Source: a virus
Reading direction: 5' to 3' (one strand)
Virus record (IMG/VR): IMGVR_UViG_3300029994_000005
Location: 3,761-67,760 of that record
DNA: 64,000 nucleotides
Part shown: one piece after another, positions 9,657-19,187 of the stretch
Numbering within the stretch: the first letter of the stretch is position 1
How the letters are laid out: each line of letters starts with the position of its first letter
Position numbers and translations under genes: made by a program
The notes under the pieces: model-generated
Seen by the model: only the letters and a program-made list of their open reading frames with translations
Databases searched by the model: none
Told to the model about the DNA's origin: nothing

Positions 9657-11108
9657 ATGATGACTGATGCAGTTAATCAAATTCTACAGGGGCTTGATCA
9701 AGGTCTCGTGTCTACACAGGACGTCGAGAACCTGAATAAAGCAATTACCGCCGGATACGGTGGAGCTGGTAAACCTACAGACCTCACTTATGGTGGTGTC
9801 CTTCAGGCTGAATCGTTGGAAGCTACGCTTAAGAGCGTAACCTTCGACATGAAGAACCTGAAAATGTGGCCTGCTATCTCCGTTGATAAGGCATACAATC
9901 TGTTCGAGCAATACAATCGCTTGATCAGCTACGGTTCAGACTCAGCACCTTACATTGGTGAAGGTGGAGCGCCGATCGAAGAAGATTCGACGTACGTTCG
10001 TGACGGACAAAAGATCGTGTTCTTCGGTACACGTCGTAAAGTCTCTCACCAAATGACTTTGGTCCGTACTACTGTTGGCGACATCGTTGCACAACAGGCA
10101 AAAGAAGGTACTATGCACCTTCTGAAAAACGTTGAGCGTGAGATGTACTGGGGCCATGGCCACTTCCTCAATCGCTTGACTGGTGCTGCTAACGGTTCGC
10201 CTGCTGATCTTCCACAGAACAGCATCGCAATGAGTGGTTTGCTTCAACAGTTGCTTAAAGGTGACCAAGACGTTCTGATGCGTTCTGGTGACTTCGAAGG
10301 TTACGGCGACGCTCAGTCGATCGCTCAAAACCTCGGTGGTAACGTTATTGCTCAAGATGATATCGAGCGTCTCGCAGTTATCGCGTTGGAAAACTTCGGT
10401 TCTCCTTCGGAACTCCACATCGAACCAGCTGCTTTGTCAGCGTTCGTGAAGCAGTTCTATCCTCAGTTCCGTTCAGCTCCGGGCCTTTCTAACCAAACAG
10501 TTGGTTATGATGTTTCGAAGATGACGACTACTGCAGGAACGGTTGACTTCAAGCCGAACTTGTTCTTGCGTCCTCGCAGCGGAGCTCGCGCTCTTGCTGT
10601 AAGTGCTCTCGCTCCTGCTCCTGGCGCTCTCGCGATCGCTTCGGCAGCTTCTGGTACTGGATCGCAGCTTGTTGCTGGTACTTACCAAATCAAGGTTACC
10701 TTGGTTAACGACGCTGGCGAATCTATCCCTACACAAGGTGCTGCTGTTACTTTGACTCAAGGTCAAAACATCACGCTGACTGTTTCGGGAATGCCTGCTA
10801 ACGTGAAGTACTTGAAAGCTTACATCTCTGCTCCAGGCGGCGCTGTTGGAACTGAAAAGTTCTGCGGTAACTTCGCTAACCAAGGTAACACAACTTACCT
10901 GATGGCTGGTGCTCTGCAAGCTGGTCTTGGCGAAGCGTTCTTGCTTGATATGTCGGCTGAGTGCATGAAGTTTAAACAACTTGCACCTTTGTCGAAAATC
11001 AACTTCGCAATCGTTACGACTGCTCTTGAATTCGCTATCGTGATGTACGGCGCTCTGTTCGTATACACTCCGCGCTTCAATTGTCTTTTTGAAAACGTGG
11101 GAAAATAA
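9657..11108 (+). CDS. Major capsid protein
   Basis: 483-aa ORF following the scaffold-like genes, with a strong RBS (aaggagaatgcgaaaATG) and a terminator right downstream. It shares an N-terminal motif with the C-terminus of the protease. Confidence 0.65.
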   Translation: MMTDAVNQILQGLDQGLVSTQDVENLNKAITAGYGGAGKPTDLTYGGVLQAESLEATLKSVTFDMKNLKMWPAISVDKAYNLFEQYNRLISYGSDSAPYIGEGGAPIEEDSTYVRDGQKIVFFGTRRKVSHQMTLVRTTVGDIVAQQAKEGTMHLLKNVEREMYWGHGHFLNRLTGAANGSPADLPQNSIAMSGLLQQLLKGDQDVLMRSGDFEGYGDAQSIAQNLGGNVIAQDDIERLAVIALENFGSPSELHIEPAALSAFVKQFYPQFRSAPGLSNQTVGYDVSKMTTTAGTVDFKPNLFLRPRSGARALAVSALAPAPGALAIASAASGTGSQLVAGTYQIKVTLVNDAGESIPTQGAAVTLTQGQNITLTVSGMPANVKYLKAYISAPGGAVGTEKFCGNFANQGNTTYLMAGALQAGLGEAFLLDMSAECMKFKQLAPLSKINFAIVTTALEFAIVMYGALFVYTPRFNCLFENVGK

Positions 11109-11135
11109 TTGTTAAATAAAATCAACTAGTTAGAA

Positions 11136-11160
11136 AACCGGAAGCAATTCCGGTTTTTTA
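11136..11160 (+). terminator. Rho-independent terminator after the capsid gene
   Basis: Stem ccggaa / ttccgg with a GCAA tetraloop, followed by TTTTTT and preceded by AAAA, so it is potentially bidirectional. Confidence 0.8.
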
Positions 11161-11199
11161 ATATATAACTCTTATTTAAGAACGTAGTATAATGAAATC

Positions 11200-11766
11200 A
11201 TGAAAAACTGTAAGAGATGCGATAAAGAGATACCAAGAAATAACTACTGCGGTAAGTGCTATACGCTTAACTTTCGAGAGCGTAATCCAGGTCGTATGGA
11301 GGAGTTATGTGCTAAGTATTATGAAGAAAATAAAAATCATGTTATTTCTAGAGTGAAACAATATAATAAAGAAAATTCAAAACAAGTTAATGCTACTCAT
11401 AATGAATGGGTAAAACGAAGCAATTACTTTAATAATCGCTATAATACTGATATTCAATACAAACTAATTAAAATCCAGCGTGCGAGAATTCATGCGGCTC
11501 TTCACGGAAAGAATAAATCCCAAACTACTCAAGAGCTAATCGGCTGCTCAACTGAATTTCTCAAAGACTATATAGAATCAAAGTTTGAACCAGGTATGAC
11601 TTGGAATAATTATTCTGTTAATGGTTGGCATATCGACCACATTAAACCGATTTCTCTATTTGATCTAACGGATCCAGACCAATTAAAAGAAGCCTGTTGC
11701 TATATAAATCTTCAGCCAATGTGGGCGGAAGAAAACCTTAAGAAATCCAACAAAACTATAGAGTAG
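11200..11766 (+). CDS. HNH homing endonuclease
   Basis: CKRC...CGKC Zn ribbon. HNH core GWHIDHIKP...N...[15 protein letters not shown]. Paralogous to 1312 and 50677. Confidence 0.8.
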   Translation: MKNCKRCDKEIPRNNYCGKCYTLNFRERNPGRMEELCAKYYEENKNHVISRVKQYNKENSKQVNATHNEWVKRSNYFNNRYNTDIQYKLIKIQRARIHAALHGKNKSQTTQELIGCSTEFLKDYIESKFEPGMTWNNYSVNGWHIDHIKPISLFDLTDPDQLKEACCYINLQPMWAEENLKKSNKTIE

Positions 11767-11775
11767 AATAGAGAT

Positions 11776-12300
11776 ATGTTCGGAATCACTATCGATGAAC
11801 TTGAAATACTCTCTAAAGCCGTAGATCCTAAGGATCTCAAAGCGTTCATTACACATTCGAAAGTGATGAATGATAAGAATGCGAAGATGCCTGCGCGTGT
11901 TAAAGCTGCAGAAGAAGTCTTCCGTCTAGGTCTTGCACACTCTAAAGCAAACCCCAAAGAACCGCCTCTTAAAGCACTCGCCGCAGACTTTACTCCTGAG
12001 CTAGAAGCACCTGTTGCTCCAGCACCAGTCGTAGCAGAACCAAAGATTGATCCACCTACTGGTGCAGCACAAGCTGGTCCTGTAGTAAATGTTCCTACTC
12101 CAGCCGAAGTTCCATTCCACGAGGAATTTGCGAGACATCACGGCGGAGACCCTAAAGCTATTAAAGCCACTTTCGATGCTATGACTCCTGAGCATTTGGC
12201 AACTACGAAAGCATGGCACGCAGAACAACTTCAGAACAAGATGCAGAAGAGCGTAGAAACACTCTATACGCTATTCCAGACACTCAAGAAGCAGCTATAA
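11776..12300 (+). CDS. Hypothetical protein with a Pro/Ala-rich linker
   Basis: 174-aa ORF. Confidence 0.5.
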   Translation: MFGITIDELEILSKAVDPKDLKAFITHSKVMNDKNAKMPARVKAAEEVFRLGLAHSKANPKEPPLKALAADFTPELEAPVAPAPVVAEPKIDPPTGAAQAGPVVNVPTPAEVPFHEEFARHHGGDPKAIKATFDAMTPEHLATTKAWHAEQLQNKMQKSVETLYTLFQTLKKQL

Positions 12301-12335
12301 CGGTTGATTCTAATCGTCGTCTGTATAATGTCTCT

Positions 12336-13010
12336 ATGAAAAAGGCACGTTATATCTGTCTCGAAGGCACTGAAGGCGTAGGAAAAACAACTCAAACGCA
12401 GAAGTTGGTAGATACCCTTCGCGCGCGAGGATACACCGTATTGCAAACGAAAGAACCGGGCACACCTCTCGTTCCGTTGACAATGGCGTTGCGAGGGATC
12501 ATGTTGGACAATCAATACGATGCTGTTCTGACGAAACCTGCAAGAGAATTTATCTCTCAAGCGATCCGTTCTATTCATCTCGAACGACTTATCGTTCCTT
12601 CTCTAAACGAATATGATTTCATCATTCAAGACCGAGGTATCCTCAGTGGATATGCTTACGGTACTGCATGCGGCAATCTTACCGAAGATCTCATCAGTAT
12701 GGCTAATCAGAACGTTGATTCTGCCGATAATCAGCTCGGAATCTTCCCTCCTTCCGCAGAGCAGATCTATGAGACTGTAATATATCTTCGAGGGGATTCT
12801 GTCAAAGGTTTGGCTGCGGCCAAACAGGCGAAGCAGGAATTTTCTGCTGGCGACGCGATGGAATCTCGTGGAAACGATTTTATTAGTAAGTGCGCATTTT
12901 ACATGGATAAGCTGTCCGAGCGCTTTAACACTGTTAGAATAGACGTTGACGGCAAGTCAATTGAAGATGTACATAACGAGATACTTGCCGGTCTCGGATT
13001 GGGGAAATGA
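12336..13010 (+). CDS. tmk: Thymidylate kinase
   Basis: P-loop YICLEGTEGVGKTTQ with the QTKEPGTP motif. The start is placed at the internal Met (MKKARY), since the longer ORF from 12213 overlaps the upstream gene. Confidence 0.75.
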   Translation: MKKARYICLEGTEGVGKTTQTQKLVDTLRARGYTVLQTKEPGTPLVPLTMALRGIMLDNQYDAVLTKPAREFISQAIRSIHLERLIVPSLNEYDFIIQDRGILSGYAYGTACGNLTEDLISMANQNVDSADNQLGIFPPSAEQIYETVIYLRGDSVKGLAAAKQAKQEFSAGDAMESRGNDFISKCAFYMDKLSERFNTVRIDVDGKSIEDVHNEILAGLGLGK

Positions 13011-13837
13011 TGGCTAAGTCCAAGGCGCGTAAAAAGAAACAGTTGACTGGCCCGAAAGTGCTGATCTTTGATATCGAGACCGCTCCTATCATTGCACACG
13101 TTTGGAGCCTATGGGAAAACAATGTATCCCTCAACCAGATCGTGTCCGATTGGCACGTCTTGAGTTGGAGCGCTAAATGGCTCGGAGACGCGCCTAATAA
13201 GGTCATGTATATGGACCAACGCGGCGCTAAGAACATTGAAGACGACAAGAAGATTTTAGAAGGTATCTGGAATTTGCTTGACGAGTGTGATGTCGTTATC
13301 ACACAGAACGGTAAATCGTTCGACCAGAAGAAGTTGAATGCACGCTTCATCCTGAACGGCTTCCAACCGCCTTCTTCATACAAGCATATCGACACTAAAG
13401 TCATTGCCTCTAAGCATTTCAAGTTCACGTCGAACAAGCTTGAGTATATGACCGACAAATTGAACAAGACCTATAAGAAGCTTAAGCATACTAAATTCCC
13501 GGGACACGAGATGTGGGCCCAGTGTTTAGCTGGTAATCTTGAGGCTTGGAAAGAAATGGAAGTCTACAATAAGTATGACGTCCTTGCCCTTGAAGAGCTT
13601 TACAACAAGCTTATCCCTTGGGATAACAGCATCAACTTTAACGTTTATCATGATGAGGTAGATCACGTGTGCAAATGCGGTAGCACTACATTCATTAAGA
13701 ACGGCTTCTACTATACTTCTGCAGGCAAGTTCCAGAAACACAAGTGTCGCAGCTGTGGAGCCGAACACCGCGATAAAGAAAACCTGTTCAGTAAGGAAAA
13801 GCGCCAATCACTCAAGATGGCGACCCCTAAGACGTAA
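13007..13837 (+). CDS. DnaQ-like 3'-5' exonuclease with a C-terminal Zn finger
   Basis: Exo I motif LIFDIETAP. The C-terminus carries CKCG...CRSCG cysteines. The start overlaps the tmk stop. Confidence 0.65.
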   Translation: MMAKSKARKKKQLTGPKVLIFDIETAPIIAHVWSLWENNVSLNQIVSDWHVLSWSAKWLGDAPNKVMYMDQRGAKNIEDDKKILEGIWNLLDECDVVITQNGKSFDQKKLNARFILNGFQPPSSYKHIDTKVIASKHFKFTSNKLEYMTDKLNKTYKKLKHTKFPGHEMWAQCLAGNLEAWKEMEVYNKYDVLALEELYNKLIPWDNSINFNVYHDEVDHVCKCGSTTFIKNGFYYTSAGKFQKHKCRSCGAEHRDKENLFSKEKRQSLKMATPKT

Positions 13838-14232
13838 TGAAAACGTGTTCGGATTGTAAAGAGACTAAAGAATTATCTGACTTCAAAACAAGAAAGTCAG
13901 GTGTTTTGTACGCTAAGTGTAGATCTTGCTGTTACATAGATGATGTGTCTTGGCGCAACAACAATAGAGATCGATACAGAGCTGGACAGCTGAAAGCAAA
14001 ATTTGGCATCACTCTGGAAACTTATAACCAGATGTTGGCCCAGCAAAATGAAAGATGCTTGGGATGCAACAAGCATCAGTCTGAATTGAAGATTAATATG
14101 GCTGTAGATCACTGTCATGGGACAGGTAAGATTCGCGGCCTTTTGTGTGACGCCTGCAATAAGGCCGTTGGCTATATGAAGGATAACCCTTTAGTTGCTG
14201 ATAACCTTGCAGCCTACTTAAGGAAGTTCTAA
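13837..14232 (+). CDS. Endonuclease-VII-like HNH endonuclease
   Basis: N-terminal Zn ribbon (CSDC...CRSC). Core motif AVDHCHGTGKIRGLLCDACNKAVG. Confidence 0.75.
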   Translation: MKTCSDCKETKELSDFKTRKSGVLYAKCRSCCYIDDVSWRNNNRDRYRAGQLKAKFGITLETYNQMLAQQNERCLGCNKHQSELKINMAVDHCHGTGKIRGLLCDACNKAVGYMKDNPLVADNLAAYLRKF

Positions 14233-14783
14233 TGCACTTTAAAGAGCTTGAAACAAAATACTATGCTGACGATATCGACATGGCTGATTTCATCAAGCTC
14301 GTGCAGCCTCTTAACCCTACATGGATGATGGTATCTTCATATGATGACTACTTTGTCAACGACTCGGACGAATTCATCAGATACCGTTACCATGAACACA
14401 TGGGTGAGCTTACGATCAAACGGAAGACAACCGGAGCTAATAATAACAACCGTGTCGAGGTCAACGTCCCGACTGACGGTAAATCTGGTGCGGCTATTGA
14501 AGCTTTTGCAAGTCTGTTAGGCTATAAGAAGAACTTCTCTATCTTTAAGACCTGCAAGATTGCGTTCCTTGAAAAGGCTGTACTAGTCTATTACATCGTC
14601 TACGACGAAAACCTCAATGAAAAGAAGCGGTTTATCGAAGTAGAGGCTAAGGAAGATTACGCTTGGGCCTCTGAGGAAGAAGCCTGGGCCATGGTTGTAC
14701 AGTATGAAGATATGCTGGCCCCGCTAGGTATCTCAGCTAAGAATCGACTTAAAAAGTCACTATACGAGATGTTCAAGAAATAA
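14232..14783 (+). CDS. Hypothetical protein
   Basis: 183-aa ORF whose start overlaps the upstream stop (TAATG). Confidence 0.5.
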   Translation: MHFKELETKYYADDIDMADFIKLVQPLNPTWMMVSSYDDYFVNDSDEFIRYRYHEHMGELTIKRKTTGANNNNRVEVNVPTDGKSGAAIEAFASLLGYKKNFSIFKTCKIAFLEKAVLVYYIVYDENLNEKKRFIEVEAKEDYAWASEEEAWAMVVQYEDMLAPLGISAKNRLKKSLYEMFKK

Positions 14784-15219
14784 GATACTCGACAGCTCTC
14801 TTTAGGGTCTCTGGATTATCAAAACTGTTACCTAAAAGCGTATTGCAGTTTTGACATAAGAGACCTCTAATTTTACCTGTCTTGTGGCAATGATCGACAG
14901 CTAGTCGCTTTGCAAACTCTGTCCTATTTCTTTTACAGATCTTACAATTGCCCTCTTGTTCTATATACATTTGCTCATAAAGTTCAGGAGTAATTCCATA
15001 CTCCCTCTTTAGATCGCGGTATCTCTTTTTAGAATAATTATTGTCATTCCACTTTTTATTAGTGGCTTTATTCTTTTCAGGGTTAGCCGCTTTCCATTCT
15101 CTAGCGATACGCTTAGTACATTCTTTACAGCGTCCCTTTCGTTTAGGTGAAAATTTACCCTTATAGAAGTCTTCTTGTGATTTATGCTGTTCGCAAATAG
15201 TGCAATATACTGTTTCCAT
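14773..15219 (-). CDS. Endonuclease-VII-like HNH endonuclease
   Basis: Core motif AVDHCHKTGKIRGLLCQNCN, with an N-terminal CTIC...CKEC Zn ribbon. It is convergent with the flanking plus-strand genes. Confidence 0.75.
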   Translation of the reverse strand: METVYCTICEQHKSQEDFYKGKFSPKRKGRCKECTKRIAREWKAANPEKNKATNKKWNDNNYSKKRYRDLKREYGITPELYEQMYIEQEGNCKICKRNRTEFAKRLAVDHCHKTGKIRGLLCQNCNTLLGNSFDNPETLKRAVEYLIS

Positions 15220-15334
15220 GCTTTAATTATATCATGTATCCGATGTTGAACCCGACAAATCACCTGAAACTTAATGTCAGGTTCTAGGTTCCAGACGCGG
15301 TATAATGTCCCTATAGTCTATAGGAGACAATACA

Positions 15335-15685
15335 ATGCGTACAAGTAACCTGGCCAATGAGGCCGTCCGTCAAGCAGAAGTAGGCCAAGTTTGGGAAGAG
15401 CAGCTCTCAGGAGCAGCTGGTACCCTAGTTATGGATACATTCAGAACGTTCCGTGTCCGTGCAGCAGGTGCTGTAACCGTGACGATCGACGGAACACTCG
15501 CAGCAACAATGATTTCTGGCGAGATCCTTCTCTTCAATTCTGGAAGCGGCCAACCTGTTAATGTTGGAGCAATTCCTGGTGGACCCATGGGCGTAACAAG
15601 CCGTGCGTCACAAACCAATATCGTAATTACTGGAACGGCTTTCGTTCAAGTAGCGCGGGACAACGTCCGTAAAGTTAACCAGTAA
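15335..15685 (+). CDS. Hypothetical protein
   Basis: 116-aa ORF with RBS taggagacaatacaATG. Confidence 0.5.
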   Translation: MRTSNLANEAVRQAEVGQVWEEQLSGAAGTLVMDTFRTFRVRAAGAVTVTIDGTLAATMISGEILLFNSGSGQPVNVGAIPGGPMGVTSRASQTNIVITGTAFVQVARDNVRKVNQ

Positions 15686-15695
15686 GAGGTGATCT

Positions 15696-16829
15696 ATGGA
15701 ACTGAAAGGTTTCAGGGAGTTACTTCTTAAAAAAGCGGCTAACGACCCTACATTACAGACATTGATCGACGTCATGAAAGACGAGATCATTGCAGAGAAA
15801 GTTCTCGAATCTCTCGAGAAGATGGCTCGTCCGCAAGCGTCCATGGGACGTGGTGCGAACGCAGGCGTTACTGCATTCGGCAATCAGATGAAGAACAAAG
15901 ATGTAGAAATGATGCGAGACGCATTGTCGCACCATATCAACCATCATAAGGCTGCTCTGAAAAACGGACAACGCGAGATCGCTGATCAACACTTGAACAA
16001 GATCATTCCTATGATGCACTTGGCAGGTCGCGCAGCAACTCACTCTAACGGTCAGTTGGGATTAGACTATACTCCAACAGAGCCGTGGGAAACAAACTAC
16101 ACTACAACTGAACGTCGCCCTGAGACTGGTAAACTTAAAGAAGGTACCAAAGGTCTCCGTCGCCGACTTAATTCTGCGTCAAGAGATAAGAATCCTCGAT
16201 CTGTTCCGGATTACCGCTATCTTGAAATGGCTCCTCACGAAGGACATGCAGATACGGCAAAGTCTCCACACAAAGGTGGATACCCGTTCGAAGAGATACA
16301 ACTCGGATCGCCTGCAAAAATCGATGCTAAAGAAGCTTACTTACACTCACAAGATGTAGGCAAGCAAGATGCATTCGTTCCGCACCCATTCGATGAGCAT
16401 CCTATCCATGACATTGCAGAGCAATCGCAAGATGACTTGACGCCAGACAAGATGGCGGAGTTTGCTGATGCTATGCAAAACTGGGGCGGATCAGAGCACA
16501 ACAAGAAATGGCTTGAAGGCGTTAAGCGTCTTCATGCCGCAGACCCGCAAGCATTCGCTGCTCGCGGCAAGACAAAACCTGGACATCATTTCGAAGGTCT
16601 TCCACTTGGTGAACAGCCGCACAAAGCAGCTGGACCTAAGGTTGATATGGCTTCGTTGCCACCAGAACTTGCTGCTAAGTTTGCTAACAAGGTTCCAGCT
16701 CCAGCTGCACCTACCGAACAAGCCGCACCTGCACCAGTTGCTCCAGCGCCACAACAAGCACCAGCATTATCGCCTGAGCACATTGCAAATCTTCCACCTG
16801 CGTTGCGCGCTAAATTGGGAGTTAAGTAA
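15696..16829 (+). CDS. Hypothetical virion or internal protein
   Basis: 377-aa ORF with RBS gaggtgatctATG and a Pro/Ala-rich C-terminus. Confidence 0.5.
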   Translation: MELKGFRELLLKKAANDPTLQTLIDVMKDEIIAEKVLESLEKMARPQASMGRGANAGVTAFGNQMKNKDVEMMRDALSHHINHHKAALKNGQREIADQHLNKIIPMMHLAGRAATHSNGQLGLDYTPTEPWETNYTTTERRPETGKLKEGTKGLRRRLNSASRDKNPRSVPDYRYLEMAPHEGHADTAKSPHKGGYPFEEIQLGSPAKIDAKEAYLHSQDVGKQDAFVPHPFDEHPIHDIAEQSQDDLTPDKMAEFADAMQNWGGSEHNKKWLEGVKRLHAADPQAFAARGKTKPGHHFEGLPLGEQPHKAAGPKVDMASLPPELAAKFANKVPAPAAPTEQAAPAPVAPAPQQAPALSPEHIANLPPALRAKLGVK

Positions 16830-18352
16830 TGGATAAATTAGAGAAGATCTATAAAAAAATGTTAGCCGCGAAAGAGCAGCTTGAAAAAGCTCGCCAAAAG
16901 ATGGCTGATGAGTATGATCCAAATGAAGACCCATACGAAGGTGAAACTGAGTATGACGGCACTGATCGTGACTTTGATCCTGATGAAGAGAGCGATGACG
17001 CTGACAAATGGTTAGCAGAGAACGATCCAGCTGCTGCAAAGCCTGCTGACGAATACTCTGAATATGAGCCAGATGAAGACGACGAAGCTCATCGTGCTGC
17101 TATTGATGAAGATATGGGGTCTGAGGATTCACAATCTCCAATGGAATCTCCCGCTGCACAACAGCAAGCTGCTCCGGCCGCTCGCGAAGCAGTGGCACAA
17201 GGTGAAGGCAAGAAGTCTCGCTGGCAACAACCATCGCGTGAAGACCTCATGTCGATGCGTCAGTACACTCGTCCATGGGAACAACGCGCTCGTGAGGCTC
17301 AGCAATTAAAAGCTGATCCTTCTAAGAATCCGCAACTCGCTCGTCAAGGAAACATTGTTGAAGCTCGTAACGCATCTCATGGAGACCGTAACGCTGCTTA
17401 CCGTGAGTATACTAACTCACCTGACTACAAGAATGCAGATCCTATCCAACAGATGGAGATGGACGATCAGTTCGAAAACAACTGGAAGCAACAGAACCCT
17501 GAGCATTTAAAGAATGCTTTGAACGCTCACCACGAGGCTCATGAAAAGGGGAAAGGCGCTAAAGATATTCACGCTGCTGCGAAAGATGCTCAGATCCGTA
17601 ACATCATCTCTGGTGGTGGACACGGTGGTGAAGGCTACTCTCTTGAAGAAGGTATGCAACACGCTGGCGGAACTAAAGGCGAAGAAGGAACTCAAGCAAC
17701 TGTTAAGCAGGATCCTGCTACGTCGTTTGCTATGGGCAACCAAGACTTCTTGCGTCAGTATGGTGAAGACTATAAGAATAAAGGCAAGAAGGTTGGAAAC
17801 ATCGATGAGATGTCTAACTATGACGAAGGCGCTAAGCGCGACGTTAAACGTATCCTTGGTGAAGGTCCTAGCAAGAATCCTCAGTTTGAGAAGTTCTTCG
17901 AGCACTATCATCCAATGATTGGTATGTCTGCTAAGAAAGCTTTAAACACTCTTGGATTGGATGCTAATCATCCAGACATCGATCATTCTATGCTTCATGA
18001 AGCTGGAATGCACGGTCTTATCCAAGCGATGAATGATTATGATCACGACAACCCTTCAAAGGCTTCGTTTGCAACTCACGCGGGCAACAAAATTCGCGGA
18101 TTACAAATGACTGCTTTGAAGAATCAAGATGCTGTTCCAACTGAAGTGCGCGCTGCACAGAAGAAGTTCGCATCTGGTAAAGCGTCTCCGCAAGCACCTA
18201 AGGTTGATTTGAAGTCTGTTATCCAGAGTTCAGGTCACCCTAAAGCACCGGACATGGCTGACCGCTTGCAACGTGTGGGTTCACAACGTCAAGCACAAGC
18301 AATTAAAGTTCGCAAACCGCCTACAAGCGGCAGACAAGGCGGAGGAATCTAA
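16829..18352 (+). CDS. Hypothetical virion or internal protein with an acidic, disordered N-terminal half
   Basis: 507-aa ORF whose start overlaps the upstream stop. Confidence 0.5.
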   Translation: MDKLEKIYKKMLAAKEQLEKARQKMADEYDPNEDPYEGETEYDGTDRDFDPDEESDDADKWLAENDPAAAKPADEYSEYEPDEDDEAHRAAIDEDMGSEDSQSPMESPAAQQQAAPAAREAVAQGEGKKSRWQQPSREDLMSMRQYTRPWEQRAREAQQLKADPSKNPQLARQGNIVEARNASHGDRNAAYREYTNSPDYKNADPIQQMEMDDQFENNWKQQNPEHLKNALNAHHEAHEKGKGAKDIHAAAKDAQIRNIISGGGHGGEGYSLEEGMQHAGGTKGEEGTQATVKQDPATSFAMGNQDFLRQYGEDYKNKGKKVGNIDEMSNYDEGAKRDVKRILGEGPSKNPQFEKFFEHYHPMIGMSAKKALNTLGLDANHPDIDHSMLHEAGMHGLIQAMNDYDHDNPSKASFATHAGNKIRGLQMTALKNQDAVPTEVRAAQKKFASGKASPQAPKVDLKSVIQSSGHPKAPDMADRLQRVGSQRQAQAIKVRKPPTSGRQGGGI

Positions 18353-19179
18353 TGCCAGTAAGTAAGACACCCTATAATCAACCATTCCCGCACCTAGGAA
18401 TTGAGCAGGAAGGAACGCCAACGCGTTATCTTCCAGTTCCTACTCCTCAGACTCTGCGCGATGGCCCGCTGTTTGGAATTCCGCTTCAGTCATTTTTGAC
18501 TGGCCAAGCTGTATCTGACGACGCTCTGCAGCGCTATATCACTGAGTCAATTTCAGAGATCGAGCACACGCTTGACCTCTACATTACTCCTGTAGAGTTC
18601 TTAGAGAACTGTGACTATAATGCTCACTTAATGTTTTGGAGCTTCGGCTATGTCAAGATGGCACACGGTCCTATTCTTGATGTTCTAAGCTACAAACTGA
18701 CTTTCAACAATGGATATGGCAACAACGCACTCATCGATGTTCCGCTAGAGTTCGTGTTCGTGCAACCGCAAGAACAGACTGTCCAGCTCGTTCCGGCTAC
18801 TGGCACAACCATAGCAGGTTTCGTTACCACTCTTTATTCGGGTGTTGGATTCAGCGCGCTTAACGCTGGCGGTATAACTAACTGGCCTGGTGCGCTTCAA
18901 ATTAAGTACCGCTGTGGTTTCCCTGATGGGAAGCTTCCGGCTGTACTCTCGGCTCTGATCGAAAACATGGCAGCGTTTAAGATGTTGTCTGTAATGGGTC
19001 CGATCCTGTTTCCGCACAACGGAGTATCTATCAGTATCGATGGAACTTCGCAGAGCACATCAACTCTAGGACCTGCGTTCTTGCAGAATCGTTTGAAGGA
19101 CTTACAAACTTTGATCGATAAGCAAATGGATGCAGCTAAGGGATACTATCAGAAGCGATTCTTGATAGACTATCTGTAA
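18352..19179 (+). CDS. Hypothetical structural protein
   Basis: 275-aa ORF whose start overlaps the upstream stop. Confidence 0.5.
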   Translation: MPVSKTPYNQPFPHLGIEQEGTPTRYLPVPTPQTLRDGPLFGIPLQSFLTGQAVSDDALQRYITESISEIEHTLDLYITPVEFLENCDYNAHLMFWSFGYVKMAHGPILDVLSYKLTFNNGYGNNALIDVPLEFVFVQPQEQTVQLVPATGTTIAGFVTTLYSGVGFSALNAGGITNWPGALQIKYRCGFPDGKLPAVLSALIENMAAFKMLSVMGPILFPHNGVSISIDGTSQSTSTLGPAFLQNRLKDLQTLIDKQMDAAKGYYQKRFLIDYL

Positions 19180-19187
19180 GGTGTAAT

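Noticed and set aside
12213-12335. N-terminal extension of thymidylate kinase that overlaps the upstream gene
   Set aside because: The P-loop begins right after the internal Met (MKKARYICLEG). The extension overlaps 11776-12300 by 88 nt.
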